From an uncultured Nitrososphaeraceae archaeon (lineage in GTDB: Archaea > Thermoproteota > Nitrososphaeria > Nitrososphaerales > Nitrososphaeraceae): a stretch of 64,000 nt of DNA. This document shows positions 1 through 11,205 of this stretch, in pieces (within the stretch, counting starts at the first letter, position 1; the number at the start of each line of letters is the position of its first letter). Location: contig CAWGVG010000021.1 of NCBI GenBank assembly GCA_963825865.1, positions 32,001 through 96,000 of the forward strand, in the 5' to 3' direction. The notes under the pieces were generated by a model. That model was not told where the DNA came from. It saw only the letters and a list, made by a program, of their open reading frames with translations, and searched no databases. Position numbers and translations under genes: made by a program.

Positions 1-616
1 TCCGCTGAGCGGAAATCCAAATTCAATATTTATCTGTGGAAACGGCAAGAGTCTAGGTAAGAGCATAGGTATCATAAGCCTGTATCGAATATACGATAAA
101 TACAAGCAAGAACACTTTCCGAAACTATTGGAGAGTCCTAACGTTCCGCCTGAAGACAAGCAAAAAATTAAAGAATTGCTCAAGAAGCCCTGGAATCCAT
201 ACATCAGAAGGCATTCAGCATTGACAGACAAATCTAAGATATTGAAGGAACATGTATTAAGACAGTATGCAGGATGGTCTATAGGTTCGCAAATGCCTCA
301 AAAATATCTCCACTATTTTGGAAATGAATCAAACGAAAGTATCTTAGAAGCATATGGAATAGTTACTAAGGACAAACAATTTGCAGATGCATTGAGGCCA
401 AAACAGTGTCCCAACTGCAATGAGCCAAACAAACCAGATAGCAAGTTCTGTGCTAAATGTAGGATGGTATTAACATATGACGCTTACAATGAAACGATCG
501 AACAGAAAGAGCAGAACGACAAGCAGATTGAGACCTTAACAAAGAAGCAGGAACAGTTCGAGCAGTTAATTCAATCACTTATAGATTCAGGACAGTTGAC
601 TCCGGGTATTAAGTAG
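1..616 (+). CDS. Tyrosine recombinase/integrase, C-terminal part (5' end outside window), with C-terminal zinc ribbon and coiled coil
   Basis: NPYIRRHSALT (HxxR-equivalent box), YAGWS (H/W) and QKYLH (catalytic Tyr), followed by CPNC..FCAKC zinc ribbon; frame is open from the window start. Confidence 0.85.
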   Translation, partial: PLSGNPNSIFICGNGKSLGKSIGIISLYRIYDKYKQEHFPKLLESPNVPPEDKQKIKELLKKPWNPYIRRHSALTDKSKILKEHVLRQYAGWSIGSQMPQKYLHYFGNESNESILEAYGIVTKDKQFADALRPKQCPNCNEPNKPDSKFCAKCRMVLTYDAYNETIEQKEQNDKQIETLTKKQEQFEQLIQSLIDSGQLTPGIK

Positions 617-1020
617 TTGAGCAATGCATTTGCATAATATGATCAAAGTATGTTATACCCCCTTGAGTGTATACGGCTCTTTTTTCCTCTTCTGTTGACT
701 TTGTATCACGAGCGAGATCAGTAGCAATTTTCTTAATCAGATCATCAGTAACATCTTCTTTATTTATGAATGCACTACCAGATTGTATTTCCTTAATGCC
801 ATATTTTAAGACTGGTCTATAGGTATTGAGAAATTCTTTTTCATATCCTTTCATCTGATGAAGACCAGCCTCAATGGAATATTTTCTATGTTCGAAATAA
901 ATATCTGAGCTAGTAATTGCATTATCGATTTTTTTAAAAGATTCTTGGTCGTTAAGAACTTGATCTATTATCTGCTTTACTCTTGATTTGTCATATACGA
1001 TTTTCTTCCCCTTGTTTCAT
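609..1020 (-). CDS. Hypothetical protein (one frameshift; ORF track shows only 609-854)
   Basis: ATG at 1020 (MKQGKKIVYDKSRVKQII) directly after the 1023-1427 ORF; joins the 609-854 frame after one indel. Confidence 0.5.
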
Positions 1021-1022
1021 TG

Positions 1023-1427
1023 TTAGGGTTTGACTGAGAGATAGGTCTTCCCCTTGGATTGGAAAAGTTCTTTTTTGCTGCGTTTCAAGATAAGCCGTCT
1101 AGATATTGAAGATAGCACATCAGATAACTCAGGATTTCCTATATTCTTTTCTTCATTTGCTAGTACAGCCCTAAAATCACGTGGACGTGTAGGGAGCTTC
1201 CGATTATTAGTTAAAATATTGATAGAGATAGTATTGTCAGTTACAGCTGTTTTAGATTGTTTAAATGGCTTTGAATCATGAACGGCACATTCCTCAGGAC
1301 TTTCTCTTGCGATCGTTCTTTTCATGATAGTCAATGTACCCCAAATAATGCCATCAGTGATAGTTGACATTTGTTCTGCATTGACAGTTATCTTTGATTC
1401 CTCATCAGTCAAATCAAAACTAGCCAA
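1023..1427 (-). CDS. Hypothetical protein, basic C-terminus (possible DNA-binding)
   Basis: 134-aa ORF divergent from the RHH gene. Confidence 0.5.
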   Translation of the reverse strand: MASFDLTDEESKITVNAEQMSTITDGIIWGTLTIMKRTIARESPEECAVHDSKPFKQSKTAVTDNTISINILTNNRKLPTRPRDFRAVLANEEKNIGNPELSDVLSSISRRLILKRSKKELFQSKGKTYLSVKP

Positions 1428-1462
1428 TAATAACCATATATTTTATACCATAAAAAGCGTTT

Positions 1463-1600
1463 GTGAACTCTCGTAACACAATTACTATACGACATCAAGT
1501 ATATGAACGTCTAAAACGTCACGGTGTGTTCGGAGAATCTTTTAGCAAGTTGATAACCAGACTTTTGGACGAACTAGAAAGAGGGAGCAACACAGATTGA
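1463..1600 (+). CDS. Ribbon-helix-helix (CopG/VapB-antitoxin-like) DNA-binding protein, 45 aa, missed by ORF track
   Basis: GTG start; MNSRNTITIRHQVYERLKRHGVFGESFSKLITRLLDELERGSNTD matches the TITI..VYERL....GESFS.LI.RLL RHH pattern; stop overlaps next start (TTGA). Confidence 0.8.
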   Translation: MNSRNTITIRHQVYERLKRHGVFGESFSKLITRLLDELERGSNTD

Positions 1601-1818
1601 CGTATAACAGCTTGGATTTTCTTAGCAGATACTGCAGAAATAACAAGCATAACGAATGTTCTGGCATATGGCATGGATTAGGTATAGAAGTTTCCTGTTA
1701 TTGTAACTGTCATAGTAAAAAAGATAAGCAGGCGTTAGATTCGGTAGAGGGACCAGCAGCTAACGCCTTTCATCATATTCAGTTGTCTTCTTCTAAAGAG
1801 GTTAATCAAAGAAGATGA
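1597..1818 (+). CDS. Small Cys/His-rich putative zinc-binding protein
   Basis: CxxxxHxxC...CxCxCH; overlaps the genes on both sides (TTGA, ATGA). Confidence 0.6.
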   Translation: MTYNSLDFLSRYCRNNKHNECSGIWHGLGIEVSCYCNCHSKKDKQALDSVEGPAANAFHHIQLSSSKEVNQRR

Positions 1819-4800
1819 CAGTGAACTGATATAGCCTCTAAAGATAACAATAAACCTTTCGATAATTCTATTACTGTATATAAGAATAGTTCTACCGAAG
1901 AACTGACATATAATGATAATAATTATGATAGCATCCGGCCCGAACTATTAACAAAATACCTTGGGGCAGGTTTCAAGCTTGTACCTGTTGGGAAGGACTC
2001 GAAAACTCCTGCTGTTGATTCTACTAACGAGATTTACAATAATACTAATTACTGGACAGAAGAAAAGCTGGTAAAAGATTATTCCAGATTTTCAAATGTG
2101 GCTACTACGTTTGGTATAACTCATGTTAAGGACGGACATGGAAAAGAAGAAGTCTTGTATCTGCATTGTTTGGACATCGATAGCGATAATGTCTTAAGAC
2201 TCACATCTGATTCTGCTGGAAGAATTACAATCAAAAACATTTGTGACCAAGACGAAGAAAGATTGTAGATACCATGTATACTGGTTAAGTCATACACAGA
2301 ACCCTTCTATTGGAGTAAATAAGTGTAAGCGTGATTATGAATTTGAAATAAAAACTGATAATAGTTTGGGACTCTGCAGTTTGCCTCCTAGCCAACATAG
2401 AGACGATCCATATTTCAGATATCAATGTGTGGGACGAGAAATAAGATCGCTCTTGATGACGGACTTTATGATAAATTATTACAACTACTTTCAAAAGACT
2501 GTTTGATAAGTAATGATGACGATGATAATAATGACGAAGGGAAAAATACAAGAGAAGATGCCAGCAGAGCAAATAGAAGATCTAGATTTGAAACTGCTTA
2601 CAAGGATTTAACAGATACAGCTGTAGAGCAAGTAATAGCCCACGTCAAAGATAGTCTATCAGAAAGGATATAGAGATCCCATAGTTTTTGGCCTTTCTGG
2701 TTTATTGTTCAAAGGTAACGTAGCATTACCAAGTGCCAAAAATCTGATAGGTAGATTATGTGATTATGCTCAGGATGAAGAGAAAATCAATAGACTTGAA
2801 GTATTAAACAACACATATCTGAAAGGTTTAAACGGAAATGAAATAAAGGGAGTGACGCAACTTTTAGAGACTTTAACAACAATCCATGGTGGAAACAAAG
2901 GTTCCGCAACAAAAATTTTAAAAAATATTTGCCAGGTTTTGGATGAGGAGGAAGACGGGTCTAGCAAAAATGGTGCTACCCAGCTATTGATACAGTTAGC
3001 AAAGGATAACACTTTGCTATTTTTCAAGGACCAGTATGATATAACATATGCAAAGGTCAAGGTAGCACAGCATAGTGAGATAATAGCACTCGGAAGCGGT
3101 AAATTTGAATACTTTGTTAGCAAGATATATTACGACTATACCCGAGGGGAAGTAGTAGGCCAAGAATCATTAAACAACGCCATCCGTGTTCTAGTGGCAC
3201 AAACTCTGTTTGACAGTACAACGACTAGGACATTAAATTTAAGGGTTGCATGGGGAGAACAAAAAGGTAGAGGAAATCTATTATGACTTGGCAGACTCGG
3301 AACTGGCGATGCATCAAGATAACTCAACAACGATGGCACATAGTAGCACAAGACTCTCCTGTGTTATTTACCAGGTTCAATCAAAAGGCACAGGTTGAAC
3401 CAGATAGAAATTATTCAGATGATATATTTGACAAGTTTCTTGATCTAATGCATATTAATGACCAAGGACATAGATTATTGACCAAAGTCTGGATTGTATC
3501 GTTGCTGATACCGGATGTTCCACATCCCATTAATATTACATTTGGTGAAAAAGGTAGTTCAAAATCTACATTTTGTAGGTTTGTAAAGAGGCTTATTGAT
3601 CCAGACAAGATAGAACTACTAACCATTCCAAAGGACAAGTCAGAATTTGTACAGCAACTCTATCATAATTATCTTGCCGTGTATGATAACGTAAAAAAGT
3701 TGCCATATTGGTTTTCTGATGAAGCTTGCAAAGCTGTCACAGGAGTTGGTAACAGCAAAAGAAGTTTGTATACTAATGACGAAGACATAATTTACAACTA
3801 CAAGCGCTGTCTGATGATAAATGGCATCAACAACAGTCTAACTGAGCCTGATGCTTTAGACCGCAGCATATTAACAGAATTTGATAGAATATTCCTGAAC
3901 AAAGAAGGGAAGAAGCAAAGGTAGAAGCAGAGTTTGAGGAAATGCGAGCCTAAACTTCTAGGATATATTTTAGATATTTTAGTCAAGGCATTGCAAATCA
4001 AATCAACTATAGAATTAATCAATCTTCCTAGGATGGCTGATTTTGCAGTTTGGGGTGAAGCCATTGCAAGAGCCATGGGATATAAGCCGATGGAATTTGT
4101 TAATGCATACAACGAAAATATAGGAAGACAAAATGTAGAAGCAATTGAATCCAATCTATTAGCTCAGGCAATAGATAAGTTTGTTGACAGTTGGTATAAA
4201 GAAGAGCAAAAGGTAACCTTTGGGAAGGTTCAACTAAAGAAGCATTAGAACAATTAAACAAAATCTCCCAGGCATACAAAATAGATACCACCAGTAAAGC
4301 ATGGCCCAAAGCTGGCCAACTCTCTGACAAGAAGGCTAAGACCTATACTATCAAACCTACGTGAGGGTCTTGGAATTAATGTTGTTATCGGTAGACAAAC
4401 CACTAGTAACGGTACTGACAGTAAAAACAAAGAAGAATACGTCTACCATAAGAATAGAGAAAATATCTCCACTACCTCCACCATCTCCACCAGACCAAAA
4501 TCACGCACAAAATCAAGGCAAAAGCGGTGGAGATATTTTAGATAGTGGAGATAATATCTCCACCCAACAGCAAATACCTCCACCAGAAAATGGCCAAAAT
4601 CACGCTCAAAAAACAGAAAGTGGAGGTAGTGGACATAGTGGAGGTATTATTCCGACCTTAAAAGAGGAGAAAGTAGCAATACGGAAACATATGTTACAAA
4701 CAATCTTTAAAAAGATATGTTGCATTTGACTTCGAATGGTCATTCCTCGGAAGAATCTTCCTCTTCTACATGCAATTTTAGGACAGTCAGCCTTTGTGGA

Positions 4801-6692
4801 CAGTAATGGAAACTATAAGGTAATACATATATCAGATTATTCTGATAAAATCTGCTAATTCAGAAGCACGAACTTTTATTAAATATTAATCAAAGGAGCT
4901 GTTAAAGTATGACTATTCAATAGGATGGTATTCAACTGGTGTTGCTAAATACCACGAAGACACACAAGAATACCTTGATGGAGTTGACTCTGATCTTGTC
5001 GTATTACACAATAGGTGTATTGCAAATGGTATAGATTCTATAGTCAATTTTAACAGCGGGTACTCCATATATTAGAAGCCATCACATATCGACTTCACAA
5101 TGTTTTTAGCAAACCAATGGTGCAAACTATTATTTTCAAGAACGCGTATCGAATCTAAGACTAGATGAAGTATCAAAGGCAATATTATCAGATAATCTGA
5201 GGGTCTAGGAGTAATGAACAGGAAAATACAGAGGACTAACAGGCAAAGACATTCAATCCTTTCAGTTGAAGAGCAGAAGAAGTATGTTCTACGGGATGCA
5301 GGATGGTAATGCGACTTTCAAAGCATAACAATAGTGAAGTTCTTGATGCTATGAAGGCATATCAGAGATAACTGGACTTGAGTTTTGAAAGAGTATGTAG
5401 GACTGGAATATCAACGTGGTGGGCAGCTATTTTTGATAAGATGGTACATGATGGAGAATGTGAAGAACCACCTGTGGTTGCTTCAATTGAGAGAATCAAG
5501 AACAAAAATCTGAAATACAATATATTGGGGGAATTGTCCTTCAACCAAAAAAGGGACTTTATCATAACTTGATTGTTGTAGACGTTACTAGTTTATACCC
5601 TACAATGGCAATACTTCACAACATATCATTTGATACAGTTAACTGTGGATGCTGTGAAGATAATCTTGCAATGCAGAATAGACAAAGGAATTACAAAGGA
5701 CTGCAAAATAGAAAAAGAGTATTGGGTATGCAAACAAAAAGAAGGTTCATTTCCAAAGAAGTTAAAAGTATTCAGAGAAGAGAGACTAAAACAAAAGAAT
5801 CTAGGAAATCAAGTTAAAACAGCTAGCATTAAAGACTCTAATCAATGGTGGATATGGTGTCTTTGGAAGTCGATATTTCAAGTATTATGGCCCAAGGGTG
5901 GCAGAACTAATCACAGCTTATGGTAGATTCACTCTATTAAGAATGCAAGAAATTGCCAAAAGTATGGGATTTGAGATTGTCTACGGTGACACTGACTCTT
6001 TATTCCTTTACAACCCATCTTATGGCAGTAGTGGAGCCGTTCCAAGCCGTGATATTATTTCAAGATTCCAAGAAGAATGTGGTAAGCAATTAGGTGTTGA
6101 AGCCGAGCATGCCAAAACATACCAAACTGCAGTAATTTCTGATAAGAAAAAACATTATGTTGGTTGGACTGTCATAGAAGGAAAAGAACCAGACATTGTA
6201 GGAATGGAAGGAGATAAGAATGATAGGCCTAAATGGATTAACACTGTTTTTAGACAGACAGTACGTGACATTGTTAATAACGCAGATCCTATAGTTAATC
6301 TACGGAAAGCAATTTCGGGTTTAGAATCAGGTCATGTAGATCCAGAATTACTAAAAAGATTTAATAGGCTATCCAAAAATCCAGAAGAATATGAGAACGA
6401 AAATGATCGTAAACGCAAGATAGGGTTAGCAATTGGTGCGAGAAAAGGAGATATTATCGAGTATTTCGAATCAGACAACAATAAAGAGGGATATTCTCTA
6501 AATCCGCAAGACATCAGTGTTAAGAAATACAAGATTATGCTGTGGAAAGCAGTCAAGGACATTCTGGAAATTGCAGGTTATGATACTGCAGCATTAGAAC
6601 ATGAATTAGTTTATACAAACATGACCACACAGCAAAGCCTCCCAGTGGCGTGGTCGGGTTACGCTAATTTGCATACAGGAGGTGAGATATAA
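1815..6692 (+). CDS. Putative fused replicase: PrimPol-type primase, SF3-like helicase, Pro/Gly linker, 3'-5' exonuclease and family B DNA polymerase (many indels)
   Basis: PrimPol motifs GFKLVPV..K.P, CLDID, YHVYW, LPPSQH; helicase GEKGSSKST (Walker A), LAVYDN (Walker B), INGIN, DALDRS; PolB YVAFDFEW (ExoI), YVLRDA (ExoIII), DVTSLYP, K..INGGYG, YGDTDS, KKHY; no in-frame start codon for the PolB part. Confidence 0.7.
4465..4645. repeat. Iteron-like array: ten 9-bp AYCTCCACY units in inverted symmetry (putative element origin)
   Basis: Forward units at 4465, 4474, 4483, 4556, 4576; reverse units at 4526, 4544, 4619, 4628, 4637; CCAAAATCACGC also occurs twice. Confidence 0.8.
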
Positions 6693-6693
6693 T

Positions 6694-7049
6694 TTGGCAT
6701 CAGAAAGTCAAGTATTAAGTCCTAAAGCCAAGGAAAATTTGCAGAGAAATGCAGAGTGTAAGACAAAAGGACAACAAGTTTATAAAAATAGAGCCAAGCG
6801 AGAAGAGAATTTTGCAATTCAATCCAGAGAAAATCGAGCAAGTAGAAGCAGAATTTAACGGAAAGAAGAGTCAAAGATATAGATACACAGTTACAGACCC
6901 AGCAGTGGAGCAATCAAGAAAAGTATCTAGAAGTAGGAAAACGAACTTCTGAAGACATTGACGCATATTTAAGTGAAGGAAAAACATTACTTAAAATTCA
7001 AAGGTTTGGCTTAGGCAAGGATACACGATACCACGTTACACCTGCCTAA
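6694..7049 (+). CDS. Putative phage/plasmid-type single-stranded DNA-binding protein (frameshifted)
   Basis: GGAGGTGA RBS before TTG; FIKIEPSEKRILQF and C-terminal LKIQRFGLGKDTRYHVTPA resemble the I.R.G.G.DT.Y motif of phage OB-fold SSBs. Confidence 0.55.
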
Positions 7050-7366
7050 AGTAACCAAACCTTCTCTATTATTTTTTGTTAGAAATATAACATTGTAATA
7101 TATATAAAGTTAAAAGACTAGGTTTGTACTAATATACTACCATATATTATGTACCTGCGATAGTCAAAATGGTACTTTGGTTTTATGAAAGAAAAATAAA
7201 TAAACCTTCAATAGTATAGCATTTAAAAAAGTTTTTTCTTTTGAGATAAAGTCATGTAATAACAACGAATCCCATGATCAGTCTCTATTTTTTCTTCAGA
7301 TCATATTGACGTATTGTAGTCATATTCCATTAAAAAGGTATATGCAACCTACAAGGACTAGTTTTT

Positions 7367-8110
7367 ATGCCATCAACCATCACTTTTTACGGTGTAGTCC
7401 ATGAGATAGGTGGAAACAAATTTCTTGTGGAAGACAAAGGAACTAAGATTTTCTTGAATTTTGGAATGCAGATGGGTAAGGTTAACCAATATTTTACAGA
7501 ATTTCTGAATCCTCGTACATGTAATGGAATGGGCGATCTGTTTGCATTTGGATTATTACCAAAACTCAAAGGACTCTACAGAAAGGATTATGCCAAACAT
7601 ACAGATTTTGGTGGCAGTGAAGATAATGAAATAGATGCTATAGTCTTAACCCATGCACACGTAGATCATGGAGCTTATATTCACTATCTGAGACCGAGCA
7701 TTCCTATTTACTGTTCAGAAGCAACCATGTTGATAATGCAAGCATTTCAAGACACTGGATCTTTTGAAAAAGTATGTTACCTTTAAGGAAAACTTCATGG
7801 TTAGATTAAACCAGATAGGCGATCTTTCGAATATAAAAGGCAAGGAAATGAGTTATCCAAGAAAAGTTCGAACCTTTCAGGACTAGAAGAAGTTTAATGT
7901 AGATTCTATCGAAGTTGAAGTATTTCCAGTAGACCTTTTACCTTCCCGGTGCTTGTGGTTTCGTATTGCATACTTCAACTGGGTCTATAGGTTATACCGG
8001 AGATATTCGTTTTCATGGTAGAAGAAGATCAGACACACAAAAGTTTGTAGAAAGGTGCGGAAATTCAGATCTTAATATTTTATTGTGCGAGGGAACTCGC
8101 ATCCTGCCAT
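7367..8110 (+). pseudogene. Metallo-beta-lactamase-fold hydrolase (RNase J/beta-CASP-like), truncated
   Basis: EIGGNK, THAHVDH, GYTGDIRFHG and LLCEGT motifs; internal stops and truncation after CEGTRI. Confidence 0.75.
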
Positions 8111-8235
8111 AAAAAGTTGCATTTGGTTGATGGAATTGCATTGAGGATTTGTAACTGTAGCAAAGTTGAAAATGATAAGATCCATAGAGTTGATGACAAA
8201 AGTCAAACCTTTTGGACTTTTATAATGGATACATA

Positions 8236-9330
8236 TTAAGTAGCATTATTCTTTTCTAAGAACTTTAAGGTCTCCTGTAGGGTCGGAGGTTCAGAAAATG
8301 GACTTGTAATATATAAATATGCGTATGCATTTGAAAATACTAACTGTTCTTCCTCTCTAAGATCAATGATTTTGCTCACAATATTTGCTGCATCCCAAGC
8401 ATCTCCTGCACCAGTCAACGTATGAGGATTCTTTACCTTAAATGAATGAGCAAATACGGATCTTTTACCATCTGACCAGACTGCGCCATTTTTAATATGC
8501 ACATTTGTATTAATATTTATTTTATTGGCCAGCACTTTTGCTAATTCTTTTAGCCTATTAACTGCTCTAATTTTGCCATTATCTTCACTGTATTCAAAAG
8601 AATTATCGCTATCATATATAATATCAGATAAAGTATCAGATTTCAATCCTAAAGCAGTTAATATTGAGTTACACTCATTTTCATTTATACTAAGAGTATT
8701 TCTCTTACCAGAAAATTGTGGCAAATCATCGATAAACTCTTTTTTTCTACTTTCTATGTCGGCAGGATCTAATAAGTGAAGTGCATGATAAGAGTTTTTG
8801 AATGCATACTCTACAAGTTCAGTTCCTTTTAAATTACTTCCCCAATTGACTACCATTACACCATCAGCATCCTGCAATATCCTTCTAGTATCCTCGTTAT
8901 CTATACGATCAGGTCCAAAAAAGGCAATATCGCCAACATCGTTTAGCATTATATTTACTTTTGAATGGAGATCGCCTTGAAACTCCATTACTACAGTGTG
9001 GCCATGTTTTCCATGGGAAACTCTGAGTTCTACTCTGTCACCAAATTGAGAGAATTGCTGTTTTAATATATTTGAACCAATTTCGTTAGCAATGGTAAAG
9101 AGCACCACTTTTACTCCCAGTCTTGCAAGACAATACGCAATATTCACAGCATTTCCACCTTTAACATCTGAAATAGAGACATTGCGAATACTTCCTCCCC
9201 CAAATTTTTCTTTTTCAGAAATAATTTCAAACAATTCCTTAGTCGATTGCAACCTAACAAAGCGATCAAGGAAGAAATCGGGCATCACCACGATAGAATA
9301 ATTTTCTAATTCAAAGTCTTTATCAATCAT
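8236..9330 (-). CDS. PfkB/ribokinase-family carbohydrate kinase
   Basis: GGNAVNIA N-terminal motif and TLTGAGDAW anion-hole motif; likely start MIDKDF. Confidence 0.9.
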   Translation of the reverse strand: MIDKDFELENYSIVVMPDFFLDRFVRLQSTKELFEIISEKEKFGGGSIRNVSISDVKGGNAVNIAYCLARLGVKVVLFTIANEIGSNILKQQFSQFGDRVELRVSHGKHGHTVVMEFQGDLHSKVNIMLNDVGDIAFFGPDRIDNEDTRRILQDADGVMVVNWGSNLKGTELVEYAFKNSYHALHLLDPADIESRKKEFIDDLPQFSGKRNTLSINENECNSILTALGLKSDTLSDIIYDSDNSFEYSEDNGKIRAVNRLKELAKVLANKININTNVHIKNGAVWSDGKRSVFAHSFKVKNPHTLTGAGDAWDAANIVSKIIDLREEEQLVFSNAYAYLYITSPFSEPPTLQETLKFLEKNNAT

Positions 9331-9633
9331 TTGTATGATAAATATAGCTATATTCAAGATGTTAATATGAATATATCTATATTTCAAAGTCTGATGTAAT
9401 GAGGGAAGAAGGTGTAAGGTTACTTGCATTCTTATCTCATAGATTAAACTTTAATATAAAATCCTCTTAACTATTCTACCATCCTATTTATTGGTTAGTG
9501 TCAAATATGTATATTATCACAGATATATGATATGCTGTAGGTATCTAATCGTAGTTTGTATCTTATTCTCATGTTATTTCCTGTTTGTAACTTTTTCGTT
9601 TGGTGAATCAATAAACGAATTTAATACTCCAAC

Positions 9634-10711
9634 ATGAGTAGCATAGAATCAAATAAAGGAAGATACTTACAAGGCGAAGCTGTAAATATTAATGGGACTC
9701 TATGGAATGACAAAGTAAATAAAACTAACACTTGTGTTCCACCTAGGACTAACCTAACATTACAGGTAAAACCGATTAACCATAACTTAACCCTTGAAGT
9801 GGATACATCAATTCATCTCAATGGCTGTTCTTTTAGTCACACTTTCGTAAATATATGGGATGTAGGTAAATATGAAATCATTTCTTCAATCGAAAATAAA
9901 ACTCTAGGCCGGACAACTATTGAAATAATCCCTATTTATTGGACACCTGTTCTTCTGGTTTTTAGATGATAAGTTTATGTTTTTTTAGTGCCTTGATGTT
10001 GTCAATTTATTTTTATGCCAGAAAACATACACACATTTATCCGAAATCCAAGTGCTTGGTTATCTCTTTTTCAAGAGGATGGTTTTACGTATTATGGAAA
10101 AACGATCTAAGAACGTAACATTCAAGAAAAAGATATGAGTTTTTATGTTTATATAGACATATTGCGCTTTGTTTGTATTTCAGGAATGGTTATCTTTTTT
10201 ATAATTTCTTTCTTCTCACTTACTTCAGAAATAGGTGGCAATGGACCCATTGGTTTAGTATTGAGGCATATGTCTAACTCTTCCAAAAGCAGTAATACGG
10301 ACATTATGGAAGAGCAATCTACCCGGCAAGTTTGGGTTTTCAACGTAGGAGGAACTTCAACTAGTAAGTCCTATATCTGGTCTTAATATCCCTATTTTTG
10401 TCATATTGGTCGGCGTAGTGGGTGGTTACATTAGATATCTTTACAAAGCAGCAACAAAACGAGATGTGTATGTAGCAACGGCACACAAAGATAACCAGGA
10501 CTCCATAAGCCCTGGAAAATTTGGACATGAAACATTTGAAGAGATTTCGGAAATTATACTTGCTGGCTTACTAGCGATAATTGTCTGGTTTATAATTTCA
10601 CAGGGAACTATAAATACTAATATATATACGCTGGGAGCAGTAAGTCTCACTGTAGGATTAATTACAAAAGAAATTGTCCAAATTCTTAAAAATTTTTCGA
10701 AGAAATTTTAG
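9634..10711 (+). CDS. Hypothetical membrane protein with extracellular N-terminal part (split into 3 ORFs by indels)
   Basis: Consecutive same-strand ORFs 9634-9969, 10135-10386, 10406-10711 with hydrophobic helices (GVVGGYIRYL...). Confidence 0.5.
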
Positions 10712-10886
10712 CGGGAGTGAGTCAAAAGTAACCTAAGATTATGGTCCCAAGTGGATGTAAATCAAATTTGACATGATTTTCAGGTTCGTCTTACTTCGAT
10801 TTCTATTACACAGGTTCTTAAGTTCTTTAAAAATTGTATATAATACCACTCATATTGCTTTATACTAAGCTCGTGAAATCCTTGCC

Positions 10887-10979
10887 AAAGCCTTCCTTTT
10901 CTGCCCTCTTAGATAGGTTAATGACGTTTTCTTTTGTTGCCTGTTCTCCTATTTGTGGTAAGGTTATTCCAACTTTCAC
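10887..10979 (-). pseudogene. N-terminal fragment of a luciferase-like (LLM-class) oxidoreductase
   Basis: MKVGITLPQIGEQATKENVINLSKRAEKEGF, then homology stops. Confidence 0.6.
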
Positions 10980-11205
10980 ACGTTGATGCTTTTATTATCA
11001 CTCCTACTAATATTATTTATCATCGTCGTTGTTGCTGGTCATTATTTGATTTCTTCCAAATACCAGAATAGCATATTTGATAGTGCCAGTATGAAGACTT
11101 TCTTTACTAGCCTTGACATACCTAAAGCCAGTAGAGTAATTGTGTTTGGGACATCAGGTATACAAATGAAGAAATATATTTGAAGCTAGTAGTAGAAACA
11201 TTATT

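Larger units (their letters stand above)
1..7090. mobile_element. Integrative element with its own replication module (integrase, RHH, primase-helicase-PolB, SSB); left end outside window, right end approximate
   Basis: Gene content; tightly coupled + strand operon 1463-7049 ending in a T-rich tract; no att pair visible within the window. Confidence 0.75.

Noticed and set aside
4465-4645. CRISPR array or simple Pro-rich coding repeat
   Set aside because: Units are 9 bp, in both orientations, with no repeat-spacer periodicity and no cas genes; the same array recurs outside an intact ORF at 12.3 kb
1-7090. Casposon or pipolin assignment for the PolB element
   Set aside because: No cas1 or TIRs in view; the integrase is a tyrosine recombinase; the PolB motifs look like the RNA-primed archaeal type and a dedicated primase-helicase is present
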